DNA from: a virus
Taxonomy: Duplodnaviria; Caudoviricetes
Length of the DNA stretch: 32,047 nucleotides
Virus record (IMG/VR): IMGVR_UViG_3300032218_002291
Location: 1-32,047 of that record
Direction: 5' to 3' (one strand)
Under the pieces are notes generated by a model. It did no database searches, was not told the origin of the DNA, and saw nothing but the letters and a program-made list of their open reading frames with translations. The translations under genes and the position numbers were made by a program. Positions 1 through 8,977 of this stretch are shown one piece after another. Numbering within the stretch: position 1 is the stretch's first letter; every line of letters starts with the position of its first letter.

Positions 1-45
1 AGGTAGTAGGTACTTGCAATGGAGTGCACTGTACACCCCACGCAA

Positions 46-255
46 TTATTTTGCAACTTTTACTCGGTGTTTTTCTACCCACTGTTCGCCCGTGCCATTT
101 AAAGGCTGCACGAGGACATCAATGTGGCCAAAGCGACGGCGTACGTCTGTGATTTGCACGCTGACATTAAGGGATTCAATGGACATACTCCCCATCATCC
201 CCTTCAGTGTGGCTATCTGTTCATCGCCGATGTCTTCTTTTGTGTAGGTCTTCAT
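46..255 (-). CDS. hypothetical phage protein (69 aa)
   Basis: GGAGG RBS; upstream TTGTTT-17-TACTGT promoter at 279-307 on the minus strand. Confidence 0.75.
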   Translation of the reverse strand: MKTYTKEDIGDEQIATLKGMMGSMSIESLNVSVQITDVRRRFGHIDVLVQPLNGTGEQWVEKHRVKVAK

Positions 256-350
256 AGGTTGACCTCCTTCCGATGTACACAGTACACATCACACCAGAAA
301 AAAACAACCTGGAAGAAAGAATTCTGGCCGCTGCTCGAGGGCCCTGGCCA

Positions 351-379
351 TCATCCGCCACCGTCGGTGTAGTAGTAGT
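351..379 (+). repeat. module-boundary repeat R1
   Basis: TCATCCGCCACCGTCGGTGTAGTAGTAGT; matches 9 other copies. Confidence 0.85.
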
Positions 380-477
380 CCCGTTTTGGCCGCATCCCCC
401 GCGGGGCTTCTGGCCAGGCGCAGCTCACCCGGTCGAACGTGTGCCGCAGCCGGCAAGATTGTATTAGCCTATTGACT

Positions 478-867
478 ATGAAAACATCTGAAAAGTGGGC
501 AAGAAACATAAGGGCTTTAGAAATCTACGTCGCAGAGAACGGTCACGCTCGAGTGCCGGCCGCTGCCCGGGTTGTGGTTGATGAAGTCCCGGTATCTATC
601 GGTTCGTGGGTGAGTTATCTTCGAGTGAAACATAAGCTTGGTTCCATTACACCAGACAAGAAAGAAGTCCTCGAACGCTTCCCGTCTTGGTCTTGGGGAC
701 CGTGTAAGCCGGGACCTCTGGGTGACGCAGAACGAGATGCCCAGATGCTTCAGTCACGACAGAGTGGAAGAAGCCTTCAGTCAATAGCAGACGAGTACGG
801 TTTATCAAGACAGAGAGTTCATCAAATCTTGGAAAGAATAAACAAGATGGAGAAACAAGTTGCGTGA
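478..867 (+). CDS. helicase-associated (HA) domain plus C-terminal sigma70-r4-like HTH protein
   Basis: W..NIRALEIY..ENGHARVP...IGSWV..LR pattern of HA repeats; SLQSIADEYGLSRQRVHQI HTH; start moved to ATG 478. Confidence 0.75.
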   Translation: MKTSEKWARNIRALEIYVAENGHARVPAAARVVVDEVPVSIGSWVSYLRVKHKLGSITPDKKEVLERFPSWSWGPCKPGPLGDAERDAQMLQSRQSGRSLQSIADEYGLSRQRVHQILERINKMEKQVA

Positions 868-1102
868 TTACAGAGAACTAAAAGATAAAGAAGAAAAAGG
901 TTTTATCACTGTTGCCTTTACAGTCATAGGTGCGCTGTTATTCGCAGGGGCTATCTATGGTGGTGGACTATGGGGTGTCCTTTTGGTTCTTCGTCGTGCC
1001 GAAGTCATAGACAGCATTATGAGTTATCGCAACTGCGTGTTCATAGCGTACATCTATGTTCTCTTACGCTCTTACGACAACCAGTTGTTCACTAAGAAGT
1101 AA
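860..1102 (+). CDS. small membrane protein
   Basis: two hydrophobic segments; overlaps the upstream stop; ends 2 nt before R2. Confidence 0.65.
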   Translation: MRDYRELKDKEEKGFITVAFTVIGALLFAGAIYGGGLWGVLLVLRRAEVIDSIMSYRNCVFIAYIYVLLRSYDNQLFTKK

Positions 1103-1104
1103 TC

Positions 1105-1130
1105 TCATACGCCACCGTCAGCGTAATAGT
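1105..1130 (+). repeat. module-boundary repeat R2
   Basis: TCATACGCCACCGTCAGCGTAATAGT. Confidence 0.9.
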
Positions 1131-1177
1131 AAGACTATTCGCTGTTAGCCGTATCGTTCGGCTGCGACATCTGAAAC

Positions 1178-1324
1178 TTAGTTGTCGTCGGTAATCAGTA
1201 ACAAGTATTCGCTGTTGTCATCTTGGTATCGGGCATAAAACTTGTCGTGTTCTTTGAGTATGCGCTTCGTTATCGGCTGTATCACGCACATACCAACTAG
1301 CCACATCAGGAATATGACGGTCAT
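1178..1324 (-). CDS. 48-aa protein with hydrophobic N-terminus (not in ORF track)
   Basis: MTVIFLMWLVGMCVIQPITKRILKEHDKF...; ATGA overlap with the upstream gene. Confidence 0.55.
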   Translation of the reverse strand: MTVIFLMWLVGMCVIQPITKRILKEHDKFYARYQDDNSEYLLLITDDN

Positions 1325-1536
1325 AATGCGAACGCCCCACCAACTTGGTCAATACCGAACAACGCACCTGCGTCGTTGCCTTCTGTGTCCATTGACGGAT
1401 AGAGAATTGTTCCACTAGACAGAACTATACACATTGGTATTTCTCGCTTTTGCCAACCTTCTGCGCTCATCTCATCTTGTGTCATTGGGCGAATATCGGT
1501 TACTGTCGCACCGATAATTGTGTCATCTGTTTTCAT
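1321..1536 (-). CDS. hypothetical phage protein (71 aa)
   Basis: GAGG RBS, TAATG coupling; S.D.EGN.AGALF motif. Confidence 0.75.
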   Translation of the reverse strand: MKTDDTIIGATVTDIRPMTQDEMSAEGWQKREIPMCIVLSSGTILYPSMDTEGNDAGALFGIDQVGGAFAL

Positions 1537-1697
1537 TACTTCACCTCGCTTGGGCAGTCTGAATACGGATTTTCGTTACCTTCGTTGTCCTCGCAAGAAC
1601 ACCAACCGAAAGTTTCTACCTGTGTCTTGTGTGTCAGGTTAGCCATTTCTGCCCAACTGTAAGAGAGTTGGCTTGGGTCTGTAACTTTTGCTTTCAT
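1536..1697 (-). CDS. 53-aa Cys-containing hypothetical protein (not in ORF track)
   Basis: MKAKVTDPSQLSYSWAEMANLTHKTQVETFGWCSCED...; coupled to neighbours at both ends; GGAG upstream. Confidence 0.65.
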   Translation of the reverse strand: MKAKVTDPSQLSYSWAEMANLTHKTQVETFGWCSCEDNEGNENPYSDCPSEVK

Positions 1698-1750
1698 AAG
1701 AGCCAACTCCAAACAATTACCATCACCAACATAATCGTTACTGTCCTCAT
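1694..1750 (-). CDS. putative 18-aa hydrophobic peptide MRTVTIMLVMVIVWSWLL
   Basis: AAGGGG before ATG; ATGA overlap with the next gene; alternative start at 1783. Confidence 0.4.
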   Translation of the reverse strand: MRTVTIMLVMVIVWSWLL

Positions 1751-1867
1751 AATGCCCCTTGTGTCTATGTCAAGTCTGTTCATAACTTTGCTCTAATCGC
1801 TTCCTATTGCGTACTTTTTGAGTTGGTCAGGGAAAGGAAGCAACCAAACCCCAACCAACCCAAACCT

Positions 1868-3406
1868 TTAGCGTAGGTACAAGTCGTGACCAGTTTGCTC
1901 TTTGTAACTGTCTTTGAGAGTGTTAGGGATAGTGCTAGACACTTTCTGACGGGCTTTGAGTTTCTTTAGTAACGCAATAGCAGTAGGTGGGTCAGGCACG
2001 ACATAAATACCGTGTTGCTTACACACCTTGATACAGTCCATCACTAAGTCGGTGTCAAAGGCATCTCGTTTCCCAGTCACCCCACCATCAGAAACCCAAA
2101 TAATTGGTGAGTTGTTGCGTTGGCGTTGTTTGACTGCCCAACGCAAAGCAAGACCATCTACTTCGTTGCTTCCGTGTGGGCGTGGCAACTTGCGACACAT
2201 ACGACCCTTGTTGGCAATTACCCACAAGTTCGGCTTCGGCTTGTAAGCCCCACCCGAATACATAGCGACAAGTGCGCTAGGTGCGTTCATCACGATTTCC
2301 GAAACTTCTTCTTCGGAGAGCGACATAGAACCACTTGTATCTACAAGTACGACACCACCAGCACCTTTCACGCTTCGGTCAAAGATACGGCGTTCAGGGT
2401 CAGAAAGTAAGCGACCAATACGGCGTGGATTTTTTCCTGTTTGACTTGCTATTTTCTTGCGACCAATAGCACCCATAACGGACTTGTCCAACATTGGCTT
2501 GGCAACACGGAGTTCTCCCCACATATCGCTTACGCCTCGCTTAGGGATATTGCCACGACCCCACTTGCTGTTCTCACGCTTTTGCTCACCCATCTCACCG
2601 AGTTTGTCCATCAGTTCTTTGAGTTGTTTCTCGGTAAGACCTTCTTTACCCTGTTCACCTTGCTTGCCTTGTTCAGGCTTGCTTTCCTGTGTTGCGTCAA
2701 TGATAGTTTCCACCCACTTAGCAAGGCTTTCGGTGTATCCGAAACCACTTTCTTGCGCCTTGTTTCCTGTGGCGTGAAGTGGCAAGTATTTGCGCCAACG
2801 ATTTTCTGTGTCTTTATTGTTGGCGATAACTTGCTCATAGAAAGCACACGCTTCATCAGCAAACTTCGTTAGTGGTGCGACCCACTCAGGCTTATGGATA
2901 GAGATACCGTCTAGGTAATCTTGCCAGCCTGCTGTTGCGCGTACTGCCATAGAATACATAACGGCATTACTAAAGTCTGCGTGTCGTGAGAAGTTCTCAC
3001 CGTCAAAGCGTTCAGACCCACCTTTGAGATATTTTTCAGGCTCAAACCCTGCCTCTTTGAGAAGTGTGTTCACACGCAATTCCTCGCAAACAATAAGAGA
3101 CTTATCTTTTGCGTAACCACGCTTGCGCCATATTTTTTCCATTTGTGGAGTAGTTGGTGAAACTTTTGCGTGGAACATTTCGTGCGCTCGTATATGACGA
3201 GAAAGTTCATCATCATAGAGTGGTGCGAACATCTTGCGAGTATCCACTTGCGTTCGTGGAGAGCCTGCTACGGCTTCGCACCCGTGAATATCCCAACGCC
3301 CAAAGTCAATGTCGTTACGAGTGAGAAACTCCACTTCGGGAACGACAAGAGTGGGGGTGGAAGCCCCCACTCCTTTCTCGCTCATTACTTCATCTTGTCG
3401 TGACAC
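1868..3406 (-). CDS. HExxH metallopeptidase-like plus vWA (MIDAS) domain protein
   Basis: AHEMFH near the N-terminus; VLVDTSGSM MIDAS motif and IWVSDG; directly downstream of the AAA+ gene. Confidence 0.8.
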   Translation of the reverse strand: MSRQDEVMSEKGVGASTPTLVVPEVEFLTRNDIDFGRWDIHGCEAVAGSPRTQVDTRKMFAPLYDDELSRHIRAHEMFHAKVSPTTPQMEKIWRKRGYAKDKSLIVCEELRVNTLLKEAGFEPEKYLKGGSERFDGENFSRHADFSNAVMYSMAVRATAGWQDYLDGISIHKPEWVAPLTKFADEACAFYEQVIANNKDTENRWRKYLPLHATGNKAQESGFGYTESLAKWVETIIDATQESKPEQGKQGEQGKEGLTEKQLKELMDKLGEMGEQKRENSKWGRGNIPKRGVSDMWGELRVAKPMLDKSVMGAIGRKKIASQTGKNPRRIGRLLSDPERRIFDRSVKGAGGVVLVDTSGSMSLSEEEVSEIVMNAPSALVAMYSGGAYKPKPNLWVIANKGRMCRKLPRPHGSNEVDGLALRWAVKQRQRNNSPIIWVSDGGVTGKRDAFDTDLVMDCIKVCKQHGIYVVPDPPTAIALLKKLKARQKVSSTIPNTLKDSYKEQTGHDLYLR

Positions 3407-4206
3407 TAGAACACCTCTTGTTCTGCGAGTGCGTTAGCAAGTTCTGCCATTTTGCCTTCGTTCTCATCTATTGGCTTCACCTTGTCAATGGCAATAGCGT
3501 CAAGAATAGATTTTGCTCGCTTGCCGAACACCATTTCTGCTGAACGCTTTGCGCCTACACCCGAACGGAGTTTGTCAAACGCCATAAAGGAACGGAGTGA
3601 GATACGGCGTTCGCCTGCGTCACACATCTGACGGGCATAGTCACGCAAGTCAGGTGACAAGCGCAAGAGAGCGTCAGGGTGTGGCTCGTTGATACGAATA
3701 CACACGGGGAAACGGTCTTTGAGTGCCATTGGGAGTTCTTCCATATCCTCAATGTTCGTAGTCATTACGACTGTGAAACCATTGAGTGGTGTAATGATTT
3801 CTTTCGTAGCAGGGTGTTCCCATTGTGCGCTTTCAGGTGTGTCCGTGATAGCGAGAAGTGTTGCGAACACATCTCCACCAGCCTTGTCAATTTCGTCAAT
3901 GACCAAACGACCACCAGTTTGTCCGTTGCCTTTCCACGCACGAATACCTGCGCCTTCCAACCACGACCACGAACCACTTGCCGACGGTTGCCAGCAACCT
4001 GTCACTTCTGCGTTGGTCATATCGTCGGTACAGATAAGACGGTGTGCGCCACCCTCAATGTTTCCGTAGTTCAGACCTGCGTAGGTCTTTCCAATGCCAG
4101 CCGTACCGAATAACACGATACGGTCAATGCCTGCGTCAAGTGCGTCTTTCACATCTTGCCAGCACTTAGGGAGTTCACCCTGTTTGGGTAATTTCTTCGT
4201 TGCCAT
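3406..4206 (-). CDS. MoxR/CbbQ/CobS-like AAA+ ATPase
   Basis: Walker A GTAGIGKT, Walker B LVIDEID, TTN sensor 1, ALKDRF arginine finger. Confidence 0.88.
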   Translation of the reverse strand: MATKKLPKQGELPKCWQDVKDALDAGIDRIVLFGTAGIGKTYAGLNYGNIEGGAHRLICTDDMTNAEVTGCWQPSASGSWSWLEGAGIRAWKGNGQTGGRLVIDEIDKAGGDVFATLLAITDTPESAQWEHPATKEIITPLNGFTVVMTTNIEDMEELPMALKDRFPVCIRINEPHPDALLRLSPDLRDYARQMCDAGERRISLRSFMAFDKLRSGVGAKRSAEMVFGKRAKSILDAIAIDKVKPIDENEGKMAELANALAEQEVF

Positions 4207-4223
4207 TTTGCTTCCTTTGTTAG

Positions 4224-4267
4224 TTAGTAGGTACTTTGATAGTAGCGACTGTCAATGACAGACGCAA
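4224..4267 (-). promoter_or_regulatory. sigma70-type promoter with GTACCTACTA leader
   Basis: TTGCGT-17-TACTAT, then GTACCTACTAAC and AAGGAAG RBS. Confidence 0.7.
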
Positions 4268-4302
4268 GTGGGGTGGCAGTTCACGACGAACCACCACCCC
4301 AC
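4268..4302. terminator. GC-rich hairpin downstream of 4311-4721
   Basis: GTGGGGTGG...CCACCCCAC stem; no clear U tract. Confidence 0.45.
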
Positions 4303-4310
4303 ATCTGTTG

Positions 4311-4721
4311 CTATGACGCTTTGCTTACCTGCGTCTGCGACTTTGCTTTTGCTTTTGCCTCAACTGAGACAGGATAGACACGCACTTGCGAGTACGGTGT
4401 AAGTGAAGTAACAATGTCAGCCGTTGCTTGGTCAATGACCCCAACTTTGACTGCGCTTTCCATTAGGTCATTATCCACGACCAATTTTGTTACTTTTTTC
4501 AGAACCTTTGGCGAAACCATCTGCGCCAACTTGTCTGCGTCGTAGGAAGTGCGAGTTGCCTCAATGATATTGACCGACACACCATCTACGGTGAGTTCGT
4601 TCAGACCGAGTTTCGCAAACTCTTTACGGAGTTCGGCTTCCTTTTGCTTCTTTGCCTTTGTGGCTTCTGCTTCTGCTTCTTTCAGAGCGAGAAACTCACG
4701 GACTATGTTATCTGTCGTCAT
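4311..4721 (-). CDS. hypothetical phage protein (coiled-coil N-terminus)
   Basis: own promoter and AGAAGG RBS. Confidence 0.8.
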   Translation of the reverse strand: MTTDNIVREFLALKEAEAEATKAKKQKEAELRKEFAKLGLNELTVDGVSVNIIEATRTSYDADKLAQMVSPKVLKKVTKLVVDNDLMESAVKVGVIDQATADIVTSLTPYSQVRVYPVSVEAKAKAKSQTQVSKAS

Positions 4722-4748
4722 AATGCCTTCTTTCGTTAGTGGGTGTGA

Positions 4749-4814
4749 CTGACACTTACAAGGTACAAGTGTCAGCGAAAGAAAGCAAGTTTATTTTTTG
4801 TGTCTTTTGTCACT
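4749..4814 (-). promoter_or_regulatory. promoter with inverted repeat over the -10 and an upstream CRP-like box
   Basis: TTGCTT-17-TACCTT; CTGACACTT-N9-AAGTGTCAG; TGTGT-N6-TCACT at 4799-4814. Confidence 0.65.
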
Positions 4815-5007
4815 CCCCGAAAGAACGACGATACCTCTCCTGTTGTTGTCGGCAGAAGTCTTTGGCAGTTTGTTTCCGTCTGTCTATAAAGCGAGCAGAG
4901 CGCAAGCGACACCCATCAGAGAAGGCTTGTCGGTCTGTGTCCGACCATACGGCTTTGATTTTGCGTTTGCTCACCCACCCAGTATGCCAGCAGAACGGTC
5001 ACAACGC

Positions 5008-5035
5008 TCATACGCCACCGTCAGACCAGTAGTGG
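5008..5035 (+). repeat. module-boundary repeat R3
   Basis: TCATACGCCACCGTCAGACCAGTAGTGG followed by TAGCCCCG. Confidence 0.9.
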
Positions 5036-5146
5036 TAGCCCCGTTGGCTGATGCGCCCGTCGGGGCTCCCGACCTCGCAACTCAGATGGCGTTCCGTCTG
5101 GCTGTCTGGAACGGCTCGGAACGCTGGGACTGGTGGGGCTGGAACT

Positions 5147-5215
5147 TGTGACAAACAACACAGGCAGGGAACTTGACATTATGCCTTACACCTTGTACCT
5201 TATTCGTACCTACTA
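5147..5215 (+). promoter_or_regulatory. promoter with CRP-like box and GTACCTACTA leader
   Basis: TGTGA-N6-ACACA, 10 nt, TTGACA-17-TACCTT, GTACCTACTA. Confidence 0.75.
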
Positions 5216-5234
5216 GACCCGAAAGGGGTAAATA

Positions 5235-5699
5235 ATGAGCAATCAAACTGTCGTGGAGTTGGCTGAAGCCACCTATCACGAACTCGGCAAGCAGAAAGAC
5301 GGTGACGGTTTCACTATGAAGCGAGCGCAAATGTTCGCCGTAGAAGTTGGTGGAACTGTTCGCACCATTGGCACTTGTGGAGATGTGTACGAACTGTTGG
5401 AAGAAATGGAAACCAAAGAACTGTTGGCTACTGATGTTGCCGTAGGAGTTGAGACTTGTGGTTGGGCTTCGCCTATCTCACAAGATGACAACGAAGATGA
5501 GCAAGTCCCACCTTCACAGCACCCTGAGCGACGCCGTGTTCGCCTCGTCACTATGGTCACTCGCAAGTTTGAAGTGGCAAGTGCTATGGGCTTCGCTGAC
5601 ACACCTGACGAAGTAATCACAGACGCAGGCACAGCGCGTGGTTCGCTTGCTGACGCATTACTCAACACAGCAAAGTCAATGGTCAAAGCAAGCAAGTAA
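5235..5699 (+). CDS. hypothetical phage protein (154 aa)
   Basis: promoter, AAGGGG RBS and terminator; PPSQHPERRRVRL motif. Confidence 0.85.
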   Translation: MSNQTVVELAEATYHELGKQKDGDGFTMKRAQMFAVEVGGTVRTIGTCGDVYELLEEMETKELLATDVAVGVETCGWASPISQDDNEDEQVPPSQHPERRRVRLVTMVTRKFEVASAMGFADTPDEVITDAGTARGSLADALLNTAKSMVKASK

Positions 5700-5724
5700 C
5701 TAGAACCCTCATCTAGTTTGGACT

Positions 5725-5754
5725 AGCCCCTCTGCGAGAGCAGGGGGGCTTCTC
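5725..5754 (+). terminator. intrinsic terminator
   Basis: AGCCCCTCTGC-GAGA-GCAGGGGGGCT-TCTC. Confidence 0.65.
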
Positions 5755-5820
5755 TATGCCCCTGATGAAGTGGGTCTGCCCCAACGCCCGAGAGCGAAGT
5801 TGGTCTGCGCCTACCCTCGG

Positions 5821-5850
5821 TCATACGCCACCGTCATACAAGTAGTGCTT
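5821..5850 (+). repeat. module-boundary repeat R4
   Basis: TCATACGCCACCGTCATACAAGTAGTGCTT; AGCCCCG downstream. Confidence 0.92.
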
Positions 5851-5968
5851 CACCCCCCAGCCCCAACAGCCCCGGTATTTCATTACGACACTCCTGATTG
5901 CCTTCAGATGTTTGACCCGCCCTATTCGCAGTTAGTACCTGCCCAGCCGTGAAAGTCCCCATAGACAT

Positions 5969-6009
5969 AGAAAAGCCCCCACCTACATACGCAGGTGAGG
6001 GCTTTCTAG
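5969..6009 (-). terminator. intrinsic terminator of the 7706-6035 operon
   Basis: AAAAGCCCCCACCT...AGGTGAGGGCTTT hairpin. Confidence 0.6.
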
Positions 6010-6034
6010 CAACTAGAAAGTGAAATCTAGTCTC

Positions 6035-6475
6035 CTACTGAAACAATCCAGCGTATTCGTAAGGCTCAACCGAAAGTGGTTGCCAAGTCTGCAACCCATT
6101 ATCGTATTCGCACACGATAATTGCTTTGTCACCCAAGATGTAAAGGTAATCTGACCCAGCAAAATCTTTATCTGTGTGACGGAATAGCCAATCGTCTGCC
6201 TCTGACAGCGAAATATCGGTGTGAGCGATACCGTAGCCATCTACGAAAGCGAAACGAGATTTGTCATCGTGGTCACTAAGACCCTCGGTAGCCGTGTTTA
6301 GTGACGACCAAGAGTAATGCTCACGGATGATGGTGTCACGAACTCCCTCAACGCCGTATTTGGCTACGAGGAGTTGCAACTGCGTGACACGGGTTTGTGG
6401 ATTACCGTCCCAATGGATGTAACGACCATTCCAACCGTCCCCATAGGGTTCGGCAACAATAGAGCGTGTGGACAT
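6035..6475 (-). CDS. conserved hypothetical phage protein
   Basis: MSTRS.I...YIHWDG.P...DYLYI pattern common in phages; TAATG coupling. Confidence 0.85.
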   Translation of the reverse strand: MSTRSIVAEPYGDGWNGRYIHWDGNPQTRVTQLQLLVAKYGVEGVRDTIIREHYSWSSLNTATEGLSDHDDKSRFAFVDGYGIAHTDISLSEADDWLFRHTDKDFAGSDYLYILGDKAIIVCEYDNGLQTWQPLSVEPYEYAGLFQ

Positions 6476-6672
6476 TACTTACCTTCTTTCTGTTCGGTGA
6501 TAATTTCGTATTGGTCTAATCCGTCAATGAGGGATAGTGACGAACCACAGTCCCACTTGATTTCGGCGATTACAGCACCCCAAGGGTCTGTGTGTGTTGA
6601 TATAAGAGTACCCAAGTCACCAGTTTTGAGTTTGGTGTATTGGTCGTCTGTGTGTACGAGGCGAACGCGCAT
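6475..6672 (-). CDS. small beta-rich protein, DUF4314-like
   Basis: RVRLVHTDDQY..L..GD.GT...IKWD.GSSLSLI.G.D. Confidence 0.7.
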   Translation of the reverse strand: MRVRLVHTDDQYTKLKTGDLGTLISTHTDPWGAVIAEIKWDCGSSLSLIDGLDQYEIITEQKEGK

Positions 6673-6902
6673 TACTGGTCAAACCAATCCATTTGTGGTT
6701 CTTCTTCAAGTTTTTGTGCAGAGGTTGAGAAGTCCCCCGTGTCAATACCTTTATCTACGAAGTATGCGTCTGCCGTTTCCATCAATTTGTCTACGAGAAT
6801 GTTGAGTTCGTCTTTGTCCCAGTTTTCATCGGAGATGAGTTCTTTGCTTACCCCGAACGCAATCCGTACCTCGTAGAAAGTTTTTGTTGCTGTCTTTGTC
6901 AT
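6672..6902 (-). CDS. hypothetical protein (76 aa)
   Basis: in operon; GAGGGG RBS. Confidence 0.75.
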   Translation of the reverse strand: MTKTATKTFYEVRIAFGVSKELISDENWDKDELNILVDKLMETADAYFVDKGIDTGDFSTSAQKLEEEPQMDWFDQ

Positions 6903-6904
6903 TT

Positions 6905-7117
6905 TTACAACCCCTCAAATATGTCAGCAGGTTTGACAGCAAGTGCTGTGGTCAGGCGCAAGAGCGTGTCAATGTTCGGCATAAAGTGAAAGTTCTCAAT
7001 ACGGTTCACCGTCTTACGGTCAATACCAGCATTGTCGGCAACTTCCTGTTGTGACATTCCAGCGTCTAAGCGATATTGCTTTAGTCGTTTGGCTACTTTT
7101 TTTGTTTTGGTTTCCAC
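6905..7117 (-). CDS. XRE-family HTH transcriptional regulator
   Basis: LKQYRLDAGMSQQEVADNAGIDRKTVNRIEN..FMPNIDTL; GTG start after AAGGA. Confidence 0.88.
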   Translation of the reverse strand: METKTKKVAKRLKQYRLDAGMSQQEVADNAGIDRKTVNRIENFHFMPNIDTLLRLTTALAVKPADIFEGL

Positions 7118-7172
7118 AGTTTGTTCCTTTCGTGGAGTTTGGTTTATAGAGATAGTACCTTCATTGGAATAC

Positions 7173-7706
7173 TTAGTAGATGTGAAACCCGCCACAGTAA
7201 CGCAGGAAAGTAGCGAACTCTTTTAGGAACTCTGCCTCAAAGTCATATTCAGCAACCCAAGGGCGTTTTGTTCCTTTGCCTTGACAGCCGTTACACACAA
7301 GAACTTTAGTCTTTGTAAAGATTTTGATTTCATCTGCCGTGAGTGGCGTGTCTCCAAAGTCGTGTTCTTTCTTGCCTGTCTCGTCGGAGTGCCAAGTGCG
7401 CTTACCAGTCCCATTACAGTAGTCACATTCCAATTCAGGCAACGCCTTGATTTCAGCGTTTCGCTCATCCTCGTACTTTTTGGTATTGCCTGCCTTGTAC
7501 TCGGCGAGCAAGATGGTCGCAAGAGCCTTGCTGTCATCTCCATCAAGCCCGTCACCATCATTTGAGTAGGCGTTCTCCACCTGATTACAGATTTCAGGTG
7601 CTACTTGCTCGCAGTATTGCCATAGAGGAGACCACCACCACACATTTGCTCGGAAATACTCTCCACACTTCTTGCTAGGCGAAGCCCCAACCACATCCAT
7701 TCCCAT
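7173..7706 (-). CDS. hypothetical protein with two DnaJ-like CxxCxGxG motifs
   Basis: CDYCNGTG and CNGCQGKG; YFRANVWWW.PLW motif; AAGGAG RBS. Confidence 0.85.
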   Translation of the reverse strand: MGMDVVGASPSKKCGEYFRANVWWWSPLWQYCEQVAPEICNQVENAYSNDGDGLDGDDSKALATILLAEYKAGNTKKYEDERNAEIKALPELECDYCNGTGKRTWHSDETGKKEHDFGDTPLTADEIKIFTKTKVLVCNGCQGKGTKRPWVAEYDFEAEFLKEFATFLRYCGGFHIY

Positions 7707-7720
7707 AAATACTCCTTAGT

Positions 7721-7763
7721 TAGTAGGTAAAGAGACAGTACCACCTCTCGGACTAAAAAGCAA
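7721..7763 (-). promoter_or_regulatory. promoter with TACCTACTA leader
   Basis: TTGCTT-17-TACTGT, then TACCTACTAAC. Confidence 0.7.
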
Positions 7764-7819
7764 GTCATCAAACAGGAAAGATGAACTCCATCAGACGAGA
7801 AGGGTCACACCAACGCTTC

Positions 7820-7848
7820 TCATCCGCCGCCGTCATCAAATAGTGCTT
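7820..7848 (+). repeat. module-boundary repeat R5
   Basis: TCATCCGCCGCCGTCATCAAATAGTGCTT. Confidence 0.88.
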
Positions 7849-7947
7849 CAGTCCCGTCCGGAGAAGACGCGCCGCGGGACTATAGTCCCCGACGGCTGGT
7901 TCGCAGTTCTCTCCACCCCCCTGTTGTTTGGTCTGAGCCTCGCTGGG

Positions 7948-8017
7948 TGTGACCCGAAACACAATAAATAGACTTGACATAGGTGGTACAGACCCCTACT
8001 ATGTGTAGTACCTACTA
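7948..8017 (+). promoter_or_regulatory. promoter with CRP-like box and GTACCTACTA leader
   Basis: TGTGA-N6-ACACA, 10 nt, TTGACA-17-TACTAT, GTACCTACTA. Confidence 0.78.
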
Positions 8018-8032
8018 AAGAAGGAAAGATAA

Positions 8033-8620
8033 ATGGCTCTTACGAAAGAAACAGCAAATGAGGTAATCGCTCACGCATTAGATATGGCGCAAGGTATCAA
8101 ACAGCAAGTAATGGAACACGCTGAAAACCCTATTGCTGGTATTCCACCAATTCTGCTTATTGGATTTGGTGACAAAATTGAGGACGGTGGTGGAATTGTT
8201 GAGTTGGAAGTTGATGGAAACACCAACCCTGCTGATGTATTGCCACAAGTCCTTAGCGACCTAAACAAAGACGGACACTTGGATAAGTGGTCGTGGTTGT
8301 GCCTTATTGTGGAAGCGTACATTGACAACCGTATTGGAATTGACGAAAACTATGAGCGTGGTGACGCTGAAAAGGAATACAAGGAAAACCCTTTCACCAC
8401 AGTCAAAGAAACAATGGTCGCAAATATCTACACTTACGACTTTCGGCAGTTCGGTGCTTATCAAGTGTTCACGCTTGACGACACGGGCAAGCCTGTCTAT
8501 GACGAAGTTCAGTTCCAAGACGAAGGTTCAGAAAACGGTGGAGTTATTCCGTTCATCTTTCACTCGTTCACAGAGTGGTGTCATATCCAAGAGATAAAGA
8601 AGCAGGCAGATAGCAACTAA
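8033..8620 (+). CDS. hypothetical acidic protein (195 aa)
   Basis: promoter and AAGGA RBS; resembles 29795-30430. Confidence 0.85.
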   Translation: MALTKETANEVIAHALDMAQGIKQQVMEHAENPIAGIPPILLIGFGDKIEDGGGIVELEVDGNTNPADVLPQVLSDLNKDGHLDKWSWLCLIVEAYIDNRIGIDENYERGDAEKEYKENPFTTVKETMVANIYTYDFRQFGAYQVFTLDDTGKPVYDEVQFQDEGSENGGVIPFIFHSFTEWCHIQEIKKQADSN

Positions 8621-8857
8621 TGAGCCTGTCTCTTACCCTTGCTACGGCGAGAGCGACTGAACAGCCCCCTGTCAGTCGCTTTCGCTTGGGTTCGCCTTGT
8701 CGCTTTATCCGTACCCTTGACCTTGTAGTCCATATCTTTATCCCGAAGGCTTTACGCCCATACACGCCACGACTGGCGTTGTATCTACGCAGTACCTCAC
8801 CTCGCTGGGGTCGTAGTTGGCGTAACTGGTAACTCTCTAACACTCGCAGTCCTAACG

Positions 8858-8891
8858 GGCGCACTTGCTTTCGGGCAGGTGCGCCTTTTTT
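8858..8891 (+). terminator. intrinsic terminator
   Basis: GGCGCACTTGCT-TTCG-GGCAGGTGCGCC-TTTTTT. Confidence 0.8.
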
Positions 8892-8898
8892 GTTGGGC

Positions 8899-8928
8899 TC
8901 ATACGCCACCGTCAAGATAGTAGTGATT
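8899..8928 (+). repeat. module-boundary repeat R6
   Basis: TCATACGCCACCGTCAAGATAGTAGTGATT; AGCCCCG downstream. Confidence 0.92.
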
Positions 8929-8977
8929 ACCCCCTGAGCCTCAACAGCCCCGATATCTTCCCGAATACTGGGACTGC

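Noticed and set aside
4220-4230. TACTAAC resembling a spliceosomal branch point
   Set aside because: It is part of the phage leader motif in a prokaryotic context.
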